Shown piece after piece: positions 1 to 11,319 of a stretch of DNA of 64,000 nt. The notes under the pieces are model-generated. The model ran no database searches and was not told where the DNA came from. It saw only the letters and a program-made list of their open reading frames with translations. Each line of letters starts with the position of its first letter. Position 1 is the first letter of the stretch. This DNA comes from Podarcis tiliguerta (lineage: Eukaryota): assembly GCA_965153285.1 (NCBI GenBank), contig OZ229117.1. One strand, 5' to 3'. A program made the translations under genes and the position numbers.

Positions 1-208
1 GTAACCAAACTAATGAGACATGAATGTAAGTCTAAACATTTTGATGCGAGGCAAGGCCATTAAGTGTTGCCACTTCATACAGCAGGAGAAAAGGAGTCCC
101 ACCTAATACCAAGCATCTTACACTTCCTCTAACCAACATCTTGTTGAAAAGACATGAATGTCCTTATAAATGTCTATGGGAGATAAGGCAGCTTATAAAG
201 GGTTTGCC

Positions 209-330
209 AGAAATATTTAAGGAGCAGCTCGACAGTCATCTCTCAGGAATGCTGTAGCTGCATCCCACATTGTGGATCCTTCATTAGACTAGATGGCATC
301 CATGGTCCAGTCCAACTCCATGATCCTATG
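209..330 (+). mobile_element. CR1 LINE 3' end remnant
   Basis: Degenerate match to the 3' end of the CR1 copy at 14000-14136 (tttaagga..gacagtcatctctcagga..gactagatggc..tccaactccatgatcctatg). Confidence 0.7.
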
Positions 331-947
331 TTTATTGCAATAGGGGGTATTGCAATACTTGCCATGGTGCGCATGGGAAGCAGAATTGTGGATCCCTGTG
401 CATATCCATCAGTCTATTATGCCCATAAAAAAGCTTCTGTCTTGGCACTTATGTTGTGCTCCTATTGAAACTTCAGCTTTTGTTTAAACTAAAGTACTTA
501 GTGGTGTCTCACCCCAGCCCACTGCTCCCCAAAGCCACCTGATCCCAATTTAACTTGTATCTGATTGAAATATGTGTACAGGAAGGAAAAGAATCCATTA
601 TTCATGAGAGCAAAACAATGGGTGATATAACAACACAGTTCATGAACCCAAACCCTTTACAAGCTGCCTTATCTCCTATATACATTTATAAGGACATTCA
701 CATCTTTTCAACAACTGACACATTTATGGCCCCAAGAGTGAAGGGAACAACTAGCAGATGAGGTGCTTTTTTTTTTTTAGAGGAAGTGTAAGATGTTTGG
801 TATGTTTGGTATTAGGTGGGATTCCTTTTCTCCCACTGCACAAAGTGGCAACACTTAATGGCCTTGCCTCGCATCAGGAGGAAGACTTTTTGGTAAGGTT
901 TCAAGGGCAGGATTTCAAGAGCATCAAAATATGTGCAGACTTTAGAT

Positions 948-1085
948 CAGTGGTGTCCAAACTTTTTTCAAAGAGGTCCAGATTTGATGAAGTGAAGGTC
1001 TGAAGTTGTTGAGCTTTTTTTAAAGGATTTTTACCCCAGGAAATAAACTGCCACAGGGGCTGGATTAAACTGCTTTAGACACTTG
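948..1085. mobile_element. Non-autonomous hAT-like MITE inserted in the right arm of the inverted repeat
   Basis: Termini cagtggtgtccaaa ... tttagacacttg form an imperfect TIR; no clear TSD. Confidence 0.5.
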
Positions 1086-2239
1086 ACCTTGGGCGGATGT
1101 GACTTCTGGATGCTTGCAACCTTCCTGGCCTCTTCTAACTGAACAAAATGTTTAGACATACATTCATGTCTCATTAGTTTGGTTACCCTATAAGCAAGCG
1201 GTCCGGCTTCCTGGTGGCCTTAGGTTACAAAGAGATTGCAATTAAGCCCCGGACTCTTCAGCAGTGGGGTGGGTGAGACAGCATTTCTTCCAAAGCATGG
1301 GGGCATGCCTGAACCCTTTTGTATTTGCATTGTTTAAAATATAAGTATATTAAAATATCACTATAGTTAATTCATTTGACAGCAAGTTATTAAAAACTGG
1401 AAAGTCTGTGCTAAAGGAAACCCATCCAGCTTTTTTAAAAACAAAAACAATATCTATTATGTAATGTTTTTATGCTAAGAATAAAATATTATGCACTGCT
1501 CTGATTTTAGTAAGCTTTTGCTTCCAAAACAATGGGAATGACAAGATTCCTAGGTTATCCTGCTCCTTGTGTCTCCTTTGTATGTTATGGTGGTGATATG
1601 TAAATAGAACAGGGCTGCAGAACGCCTGGCCTGTGAGCCAATCTTGGCCCAGCAGGAGCTTCAATCTGACCAACACCCACATGTCAATCAAGTGACATTA
1701 CCCTGGGTGAGGTCAGTTGATGGATGTGCAGAGTGGATCACTGCAAAAAGTGGGGAGCTCCAATTGGTAGGTCACTTCCACACCTGAATGCTGCAGAGAG
1801 CAGGATTGACCTCTCTACCCATCAGCTGATGCAAGGAGGTCAACCATGCCCCACTTAGGCTCAAGAGGTTCCCAAGGTTTCAACAGGCTGTTGAGTGCTT
1901 GGGAACTGCTGCATAGGATATTTTGGCAGGTATGTATGTCTTACTGGGACAGACATCTCTCAAGGGAATGTACCAACCAAATATTCTTGTGCCAGCTTCC
2001 ATCTGTTCCATTCCAACTCAGTTCTGTCCAACAGTCTCCAGCAGGGAGACAGTTTATCTAACAAATTTAGGAGGGTGAAATTAAGGCACCATTGCTACAG
2101 CCCTCCCCCTCTTCTTGGTCCCAGGGGACACTGGGTCATCTTAACAAAATAACTTATGAGTTCATTTCCTAAAATTTCAGCATCCCCAAAGTGTGCTTGG
2201 ATAAATTTTAATTCAGTCAATTTGTAACAAGTATTTTAG

Positions 2240-2810
2240 GTCGTCTCTCCCACAATATTTTATGATAAATCCCATTCAATTCCACATGTACGGCTGCAAG
2301 CTTTATTGCTCAACAAACATTTCATCTACTCTCCCATAATTTATATCTGAATGGGTTTATTATAGACAGAGCATTTCATTCATTGTGCCGTTAATTCTGG
2401 AACAGGCTGCCTGTTTTCAGTATGGTTGCTCGACCATTATGCGCTTTCAGTACAATTGAATTTTTGGAGTTTATAAAACGGTTTATGAATATGTAATGCA
2501 AATTATATTAACAAGGCGAGTGTACTCTTTGTTTCTTTTATGACCACTTCCAGTCAATGGCTGGTTAAGAGAACAGGCATGGTAAAGTATCTCGCCCCGC
2601 TTCTAGGATTTATTAAACAGAGCAATATTGTAGAGCGTTATTATTTTTTTAAGGTACAATGCTCCCACTTTAGGCAAAACAACTCTCATGATTGTTTATA
2701 GGTCATTTTGGCTGACTTTCAGCTGATAATAATGTACACCATTGCAGTGGTTTTGTGGGCCCATAAAATGGGCTCCACTTCAGCACATGATGTTTAGCAT
2801 AAGATAATAA
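2240..2810. promoter_or_regulatory. Putative conserved non-coding element / enhancer
   Basis: TE-free, AT-rich, CpG-retaining block with posterior Hox/Cdx sites (TTTTATGAT 2258, TTTATGA 2482, TTTTATGAC 2536, CCCATAAAA 2760) and octamer ATGCAAAT 2496. Conservation not tested. Confidence 0.45.
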
Positions 2811-2878
2811 CAGCATAAGATAAGAGAAGGGGAACTGAAGGAGACACACCCCCTTCCTAAACATAGAAGAGATTTAAT

Positions 2879-3009
2879 CAGTGGGGTTTTTTCAGGGGGT
2901 ACTCAAGGGTACGCAGCACTAGCATCTTTTTGTGGTTTAAAAGTGTGTCACTTACTGTAACAACTTCATGGTGAGTACTGGCACCTTTTTTCCAAAAGAA
3001 AAAGCACTG
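2879..3009. mobile_element. hAT-family MITE (CAGTG...AAAAGCACTG termini)
   Basis: TIR cagtggggtttttt / aaaaagcactg; degenerate 8-bp TSD gatttaat/gatatgat. Confidence 0.7.
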
Positions 3010-3276
3010 GATATGATTAGCTTCACGCACATGCACAGATCTTTTAGGAAGCACAGAGGTTCCACAGTCGCTCAGTATAAGTTGGAGGAAAAGGTGCGGT
3101 ATGCAGACAGAAGCTGAGCCTCAACATGGCTGCAGGTCCAGCTTTGGAGTCAATATTATTGGGCATCAATAATTTGTAAGGACATAAGAAGACTCCTTGC
3201 AATAGTCCAGCATCCCATTCTCATAGTGACCAAGCAGGAAAGCACACAAAGCCTCTCCTCTTCCCAGAGGGGAGGG

Positions 3277-3557
3277 GTTGTGAGCGGGAATCACTTCCCG
3301 CGGTCGCATGGGGGCGTGGCTAGGTCCCGTTCCCCCCCCCCCCCCCGTGTCACTGGAGCCCTGGGCTCGTGTCATGCTCCTCAGCCAGCCAATCCAGCTC
3401 ACGGGGGGCGTGGCTTAGCCTGTTCAGATCCAATGCCTAAGCCAATACCACTCTCATTCTGTAACCAATAAAGTTGTGGCCTTTTTTTAGCCCATTAAAC
3501 TAAATACTTGTGTCCATGTGTCTTATTTCATCACCAAGCGGGGAACGAGACCTCGAA
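3277..3557 (+). mobile_element. LTR-like or DIRS/Ngaro-like terminal repeat fragment
   Basis: GC-rich with GGGCGTGGC and CCAAT boxes; 3' module cctaagccaatacc..ttctgtaaccaataaagttgtggcc is shared with the element at 47242-47978. Confidence 0.55.
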
Positions 3558-3654
3558 GTATGGTGTGCTCTGCAGTACCCTCCTAACTTTTTATCCCTAG
3601 CAACTAGTATTTAAATTGTAAGCAGCCCTGTGATCCTCAGATGAAGGGCAGCTT

Positions 3655-3696
3655 AGGAAGGAAGGAAGGAAGGAAGGAAGGAAGGAAGGAAGGAAG
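3655..3696 (+). repeat. (GGAA)n microsatellite following an L2-like 3' tail
   Basis: Direct repeat visible; preceded by tgtaagcagccctgtgatcctcagatgaagggcag. Confidence 0.9.
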
Positions 3697-3853
3697 AATG
3701 TTTGGAGGCACACTGTCTTTGACCATTTCAGGAGATCATAGCCATCACAGAGATACATGGAGTGTGATCATCCATTTTACACATTGCCTGGTTTGACCCT
3801 TAAGAACATGATTTCCTCTTCTTGCTCATGGAGAAGATGTCACTTCATGTCAC

Positions 3854-4170
3854 TTATGAATCACTTCCCATGCAACATCCCAAACTGATTTGACCATAAA
3901 AAGCATATATAAAAACCATTTCAAATTCAATACAGGCACTGCAGGTGATAAATAAACAAGAACTCCGCTTAATAGGCTTGTTTAAAAAATGGAAGGTATT
4001 TGGTAGGCATCCAAAAGCCAATAGAATTGGCCACTGTCTGATTTGTAATGGGAAGGAGTACCAAAGGGTAGGTGCCACCACAGCGATTCCTACATCATAT
4101 GAAACAGACCAAATATGGTATCTACAGGAGACTCTCTCCTGCAGAGTGCAGTGGTCAGTTAGGACACAAC
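3854..4170 (-). mobile_element. L2 LINE 3' fragment (ORF2 C-terminus and 3' UTR)
   Basis: Minus-strand translation VVAPTLWYSFPLQIRQWPILLAFGCLPNTFHF resembles the L2 ORF2 C-terminal motif (A-P-x-LWNSLP-x-EIR...FRR-x-LKT-x-LF). Confidence 0.7.
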
Positions 4171-4224
4171 TTTTTCTAAGAGGATATCTGCTACTACACA
4201 TGTACACATCCTCTAAAATGAAGT

Positions 4225-4390
4225 ATGGCTTTTAAAAAAAATGTTTAGGGGTACTCTCATTTTGACTCAAGGAAATCATTTTATATTTCAATTCGGGGGA
4301 AATAATACAGTAAATGGACAAAAGTACAAAGAGTCACAAAATGTTTAGGGGTATGCATACCCCTGCATCCCCCCAGAAAAAAAAGCACTG
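4225..4390. mobile_element. hAT-family MITE, same family as 45231-45390
   Basis: Shares aaaaatgtttaggggtactctcat...tgtttagggg-tatgcatacccctg..ccagaaaaaaagcactg with 45231-45390. Confidence 0.7.
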
Positions 4391-6282
4391 GCTACTAGCC
4401 ATGATGGCTCTGTAGTACCTTCAATGTTGGAGGAGGTCAGTTGCACCAACTAACATACCCTGTCACTGTGCAATTCCACCCCATTCATTTCATTGCAAAG
4501 GGAATGCAATGCAAATGGGGGAAAGCATAATCAATTGTGCATCATTTGTGGACTGAAAGCAACAACAGTGAATACCAATTGCATTTGCCAGATTGATTTC
4601 CATTGGGGACATGGGACAAATAAGCAAAGCCAGCAATTTCTGCTCCCATTTCAGTTTTCATCAGAATTTTCCAACATCCCTAGTTAGGGTAGACCCACTG
4701 AAATTAAGGTTAGTTATGTCCATAGACATCAATGGGTCTTCCCTGAGTTGGAGTAACACCAAATATAACTCAACGTGCCACTGAATATCAGTTGCTGGGA
4801 AAATGCAGGGTGCTGGAAGAGATGGGCCTTTCCCTTGAGCCAGCAAGGCTCTCTTTATATTCTTGAGCCTGCATTTTTCCATTCAGCATTATTGTTTTAC
4901 TCATATGCAAATGTATTCAATTAATCAACGAAAACTCACAAGGTTAATGAACCAAATGGACATTCCTCCTAGTTAAAAAGGACCAGGGAGACATATGAAA
5001 AAATTCTGCAATTTCCAGATTTCTGTGTAGCCACTCACAGAATTAACCCAGTTCAGGCACCTAAAGTAAAAGCAAGCATTGATGGGAGGAAACTGGATGT
5101 CTGTGCAGAGACAGTTGCGGTAAAACATTCCCAGCCAGCTGTGTGCCCCTAAAGATGGCAGGCACTCCACTTTGTACAGTGGCAGCAACTCTGGAAAGCC
5201 AACAAGAGAAACCCAATCTGGCCAGACACAAGAATGGACTCCATAAATTAATCATCCATGTCTGGAGAGGATATCCATTCCACTGAATTCATGCAATGGG
5301 GGAATGCAAGCTTCCACTAAATCATTCCTCCTCCTCCTCCTGATGTAAACATCCCTCCCTCCATAAAAGGCAACTAAACTTTTCTCTTCTTGGCAGCAAT
5401 GAACACTGGCACTCTTGTAATACTGGACCAGGCAAACTGTGATTTATACACAAAGGGTAGTTTCCAATTGCTTTGGTTTACCACATTTACCTTGCTAAAC
5501 CTCCCAGATGGATTTCCTAATGCACTTTACCTGCTAAGGCACATTCTAAATCTTCTGTCTTGGCATGAAAGTGCATAAAGACGTTATTAAAAGCACCATG
5601 GCTCCATTTAATGTCTTGGCTTGCTGGGTACAAGGCGAGCGCTCGCCTGCAGCGGAGCTACACACTGACAGGAATGCAACAAATCCTTTGTGTTATTTCT
5701 GAAAAACGCGTCGAGCCTGGGTTTGCATCTCAGTCCTGGCAACTGAAGGTGGAAGTCTTTCTGGCAACCTATGGGTTGTTGTTTACGTTTATGTTTTAAA
5801 AGTATACAGGAAGAAAGAGACGTTGCATTGCCTGCTAATGCAAAGATTGTGTAAGTAGAATGATACACCATTGTGGGTGAGTTTCAGAGGTCACATCTGT
5901 GCCATACTTTTAAAGCAGTCTTAGACCACTTGAACATGGCTTTTCCCAAAGAAGCCTGGGCATTGTAGGGCTTTCTTAATTTTTTTAAAAAAACGTATTT
6001 TCATCCATGTTCAACAGTGAGTGTTTCTTACTTGGTGGGTCATATTGAGCCACTCTTGATGGGCTGTTTGCTAAATACACCCAGAACTGGCAATCACCCA
6101 GGAATAAAATATATTTTAAAGAGTTTTCTCCTAGCCTGCAACATTGGTGCATGCATGCTATTGGTGCTCTGTGGTATGCATGGATCTTGCTGCATTCCCT
6201 GCTTCCAGGAATTAGAGTTCCTATCAGCAATACCTGTAGCTGCCATATACAACAGAAGATGATCAAAATTTACATCATATCT

Positions 6283-6493
6283 TTTATCTGCGCCATACAT
6301 TGAAATGACTCTTCCAGCCTTTTAGCAGTTATAGCTTCCCCTCCAAAATAATGGGAACCATAGCTTGTCCACAGCACTGAGATCTGTTAGGAGATCCCTC
6401 AGAAAGCTACAATACCCCCCCCCACTCTCAAAACTACAGGTTCCAGGATTTTTGGATACAAGACTGCTTTAAATGTATGGCATGGGTGTGACC
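6283..6493. mobile_element. Palindromic MITE; related copies at about 5888-5975, 8405-8586, 61560-61756
   Basis: Internal inverted structure ccatacattgaaa..gggaaccatagcttg..aaactacaggttccagg..tttaaatgtatgg; family termini ggccacatccacacc/ggtgtggatgtggcc seen at 8573-8586. Confidence 0.55.
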
Positions 6494-7539
6494 AGAATGC
6501 CCATCTATATGGCCCCTTATAGGTCACACCTGCAGCTAGTCTCTGCAGCCCACTTTGGATGCTTGCTTTTAGAGTGACGGCAAATGTGTGGAACAGGGGG
6601 TGGGAGCACACCTCCTAGCCTAGGCCCTGCCATTGCATGCTCATTGGCTTCTAAAAGGGATTGGGCTAATTTCTGGTAGCTAAATAGACCACCCATGTCT
6701 GAAGACAGCGTACCTCTGAATACTGGATACTAGCAACCATGGGAGAGATATGCTGTCATCACACTCTACTTGTCGACTTCAAGCTTCTTACTGATGGAAA
6801 CAGAATTCTGGCTTGGATGGTCCTTTGATATGATCTTGCAGGGCTGGCTCCATTTCTTAATTCTTCTTAATTAATTCTTCTTAATAATGATCATATATAT
6901 TGACAGCAATCTCAGTTCTCTAAATGGATACAAGATGTATCAGTAAGCATCATTCATTTTACACGTAGGCCCATTTTTACTCCATCATACATTGGCAGAT
7001 GTGCATTGCATATCACTAAAATACACGTGCATAGAGTAGACCTATATATCTGAGAACCTCTGCTAGGTTGGCAGGATGATCAATGGACCCTCTGATCTCT
7101 GTTATGTACATTCTTGTCAAATTCACGGGAGAACCCCACTATTAAGTTCCTAAGCCAGTGAGCCGTTTCTGCATCTTTATTATATTCCTCAGAAGACAAA
7201 TTTCATATTAAAGTTAGCAAAGGCCTTAAATGAAATGTTAGATAGGAGATTTTATATTTTAAATAAAAGTTTCATGTAATGGGACCCCAGGGAGCTTAAG
7301 GTTCAAATGAGCTTTTATATTTTTATGTAGAGTGTAATCATCTTTTTCATTATTGTGGCTATATTGCTCTTATTAAAGAGTTTATTAGGCTATGGGATGC
7401 ACAGTGGTGTTCCTTGCTTATAGAGCAAAGGAGATGGCATCTGTGTGCCCTGGATAGAGAGCATAACACAAGAAATACACACACACACACTCCCATATAC
7501 ATAAAAATGTAAGGCTGTCATCACGCTAGCACTCTTGCG

Positions 7540-7760
7540 GCAGACAGATAAGGGAAGGACTTGGACAGGTGTGTGTGCACATCAGTGAGAGAAGGGAGTG
7601 TGGGAGCCAAGGTGGCCAGAGAGAAGCCTGTCTGCTGGCAGCAGATTCTGGCCAAGATGTCAGGGGCAGCTCCATAGGAAGCTCTATGAAGAAGGGCAGC
7701 AACATTTTCAGAGGCTGCCATGCAGAAGTGGTATTTATTTCCTTGGGCAAGTGAGGGGCA
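7540..7760 (-). mobile_element. Decayed L2 ORF2 internal fragment
   Basis: Minus-strand peptide KYHFCMAASENVAALLHR resembles the L2 linker motif (YF..I.ASEN.PA.LFR). Confidence 0.35.
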
Positions 7761-8599
7761 AGAATGCAAAGGAGCAAAAAGAAAGAGAGAGATGGTGTAG
7801 TTTTGCAGCAGGAGGGGTGTCCACGCACCTTCCACAGCTATGGAAGCCATTGTGTGGAGGAGGAGCAACACTTTCCTGATCCTTACCACCTCTCTCTTTT
7901 TCACGCTTCCCTGTCACCTCCACCCCAAACTACACACACGCTTCTTCCCCTCCTGATGAATGGGCCACTGTCACTTCCAAAGGGTGGAATGGAATAGGAT
8001 GGGTCAGGGAGAGAAGAGGCTTTGGGAAGGATTAGGAGCAGTTATAGGCCCAGGATGCAAAAAAACTGCAAAGGAGAGATAGGAGGTCTAAATGCCAGAA
8101 GTAAAGAGCCACTGGGTTCAACAGGGGCTGACGTCTGTGCAAGTGAGTGCACAACAGCAGCAGGGAAGCCAAACTATCCACTGACAAGAACTACATCTGG
8201 TTGAACTCAGTGGCTTTTTGGTTCTGAGTCAGTGGGTTTGCAGGATGCTATCTTATTCTCTTAGGTGAGAGTAAGCCCCTAGATGAACCAGCTTCTGGGT
8301 AAAAGTGCATAGGATTGCCTGTGAGGAAGGGATGGAGCCAGGGTGCCAGTCTTGGCTTGGACTGCACCTCCAGAGAATCTAAAAGGTCTGGAGTTGGGGA
8401 GATGGAGGTGTCCACCAAAGCAGAGTTTCCAGGAAACTCTGGGAATTGTAACATCTCTGAGGGGAATAGGGGTCTTCTAACAACTTTTAGCACCCTTTGC
8501 AAACTATAGTTCCCAGGATTCTTTGGAGGAAGCTATGGCTGTCAAATAGGTATTAGGGTGCTTTAAACATATGGTGTGGATGTGGCTTTACTGCATCTT

Positions 8600-8830
8600 G
8601 ACTCATAGCCACTGAGAGCCTTTTCCTACATGGGTATCTCTAATCCCATTTTAAAACTGTCCGAGTTGGTAGCCATACTATATATATTGTGACAGCAAAT
8701 TTTGTAGTTCAAGTATGTGCTGTGTGAAGAAGCACTTCCCTTTGTCTGTCCTGAATCTCCCAAAATTCAGCTTCATACTCCTAGTCGAGTATTATGAGAA
8801 AGGAATAGGTTCTCCACTTTTTGTTCCCTA
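8600..8830 (-). mobile_element. Old CR1 LINE fragment
   Basis: Reverse complement resembles the CR1 ORF2 end (ttcaggacagacaaagggaagtgcttcttcacacagc). Confidence 0.65.
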
Positions 8831-10093
8831 TCCTAAACATACCCACACGTGCATGTCATATTTTTGTTGATTTCAGTTCGCTCTTTGTGGCACTGCTGGT
8901 GTTGGCAGAGTACAGCAGCTACATCCAGAAGCTTGTCTTTCTCCCCCTCATTCCCAAGAATGCCCCAGACGTTGCCGGATATTCGTGTATTTTATATTAA
9001 AGAATAAACTTGGTTACTGAATTTTACGATATGGCTATCCCTTTTATACACCTTTCCCCATGTCAGCAACTGGAAGTAATATTCCAAGACAGCAAATTAC
9101 TTGTAGGCTTTCCAACTTCTGTTATAATATTCTCCCTCTCTCTTTTTCATAGCATTTTTCCTTATTGCACTTAAGTCTTTCCAGAGAAAGGATGGCTGTA
9201 AATCTTTGTGAAGTTCCCCATGATTGGTTTCTTTTGGAGCAAAGCCAAAGTCTTCTTCCAATATAGTTTTTACATAGTGCTTCAATCAAGAATTCATGTA
9301 TTAATCCTTCCAATCGAGCCTGGATTAAGCAGCTTGGGTGTTTGAGTGACAAGAAGCAACTTGGCACCTTTTGATATTTTTTTTCTCCCCAATCAAATCC
9401 AATAATATCAAACAAAACTTAGCATATGATGTCAAGTAAGTGCTGTGTACATAGATAGCCTTGGAATGCTTGATAGCTAGGTTCTTAACTTTTCTTTCAG
9501 AGTGGAGAAGAACAACTAATGCTAATGCCATCTTTGTTCAGTGAGCTAATTTTGACATACAATCACACACTGTTTCCATCTAGACAGCAGCATTGTTAGA
9601 ATTCAACAACATATTCCAGCCAGGCAAAAATGTTTGGGGTGTGAAGCAGGGCCAGTGAGTGGTGTGTGGCCTGGGGAGAGGTCTGAGGGTCATATCAAAA
9701 GGCCTGGAGAGCCTGAGGTTCCCCACGTCTTCTCTGTGGCATCAGCTGTGTAGACTAAATCCCCACAGTCAAACAACATGTCACATGCTGAAGGCCAGAG
9801 TCAGAGCTGGGTGTCTGACCTGGAGGATAAGCCAGGAGTCAGAAAGTACTAATTCTTATTATTGCTATAATTTGTAAGCCAAACTTCTTTCACTAGGGCA
9901 CTTTTCATCAATGCAAATTGCAGGCATGTTTATTCAGACTGGACCTGTAGCCTGAGTGGAGGGAGGTTAAGTCCTTTGTCACTAGGGTTATGATCCATTA
10001 AAAAAAACCAAAAACCACCTGCACTTAAACTTGGACTTAAATGAGTAATGTAACACACATCTTGCCCCTCAGATCTGTGGTTTCCTGGTTATA

Positions 10094-10440
10094 AAGGTAA
10101 AGGGACCCCTGACCATTAGGTCCAGTCGTGGCCGACTCTGGGCATGCGCTCATCTTGCTTTATTGGCTGAGGGAGCCAGCGTACAGCTTCCAGGTCATGT
10201 GGCCAGCATGACTAAGCCGCTTCCGACAAACCAGAGCAGAGCACGGAAACGCCGTTTATCTTCCCGCCGGAGCGGTACCTATTTATCTACTTGCACTTTG
10301 ACGTGCTTTCGAACTGCTAGGTTGGCAGGAGCATGGACCGAGCAACGGGAGTTCACCCTGTGTGGGGGATTCGAACTGCCGACCTTCTGATCGGCAAGCC
10401 CTAGGCTCTGTGGTTTAACCCACAGCGCCACCCGCGTCCC
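10094..10440 (-). mobile_element. Sauria SINE (Squam1), full length
   Basis: Minus strand begins GGGACGCGGGTGGCGCTGTGGG (tRNA head) and ends with (ACCTTT)n; TSD tggttata at 10086-10093 and 10441-10448. Confidence 0.95.
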
Positions 10441-10782
10441 TGGTTATAGTCCCTGCCTAATCCTCTTTTTGTTTTTCTCTGTTCAATGATATGTGTGAAA
10501 TTCAATTACATTTGTCTGTCCATAGAATTACACAGCCCTAACGGTCATAGTAAGTACTTTTCTAGAGTTCGTGTGTTGTCACTATGTATTTGCATTATCC
10601 ACCTTTCCCACTCTCAAGCCTCATTGAAAAGGGTCATCAAATCAGATGCCTTATACCCCATCAGTTTTCTTCCCACACATCTTTGTTCACTGGTGTGACA
10701 TGAAGCCTTGGATTGGAGGGAGGATTCTTAAGGATGCTTCTGGTTGCAATCTTATATCTGCTTACCTGGGAACATGGTAGGG

Positions 10783-11175
10783 ACACAAGAAGAACCTTGC
10801 TGGAGGCCCACAGGCCCATCTAGTCAACCAGAGGCCTATAAGGCAGCTGCAAACAAGACCTGAGTTCAACAGCACTCTTCCCACTTGTGGTGCTCAGCAA
10901 CTGGTATTCAGAGGTATACTGTCTCAGAACATAGCCATTGTAGCTAGTAGCCATTGATGGCCTTGCCCTCTGTGAATGTGCCTAATTCTCTTTTAAAATC
11001 ATCCAACTTGGCGACCATTACCACCTCTCATGGGAACGAATTCCATGGTTGAACTTCCAACATTCTGCTTCACCAGACATCTACAAGTTTTAGTATTATG
11101 AGAAAGAAAAACTTATCCCTGTTCACTTTCTCCACACACTGTGCACTATTTTGCACATCTGTATCATGTCTACCA
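10783..11175 (-). mobile_element. Old CR1 LINE 3' fragment with long 3' UTR
   Basis: Contains catagccattgtagctagtagccattgatggcc and ccaacttggcgaccattacc, the reverse complement of a CR1 3' region; same subfamily as 16455-16666 and 42020-42240. Confidence 0.7.
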
Positions 11176-11319
11176 TGCAAGCTTCTCATGCAAGCTAATC
11201 TGCTGAAATTCCCTCTTCAGCACAACTGTCAAAGAGGCAGAAGAAGCCCAGCTCCTCTTTGCTTCTGGTCAACCTCTTTAGAAAACCACTTTAAGCTGTT
11301 CATTTTGCAGTAGGATTCC

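Larger units (their letters stand above)
1..1186. repeat. Long imperfect inverted repeat: left arm 1-206 (runs off the window edge), right arm in three pieces 649-714, 777-876, 1144-1186
   Basis: Reverse complement of 1-43 matches 1144-1186 with 1 mismatch; of 42-132 matches 777-876 (plus a 9-nt duplication); of 141-206 matches 649-714. Confidence 0.9.
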
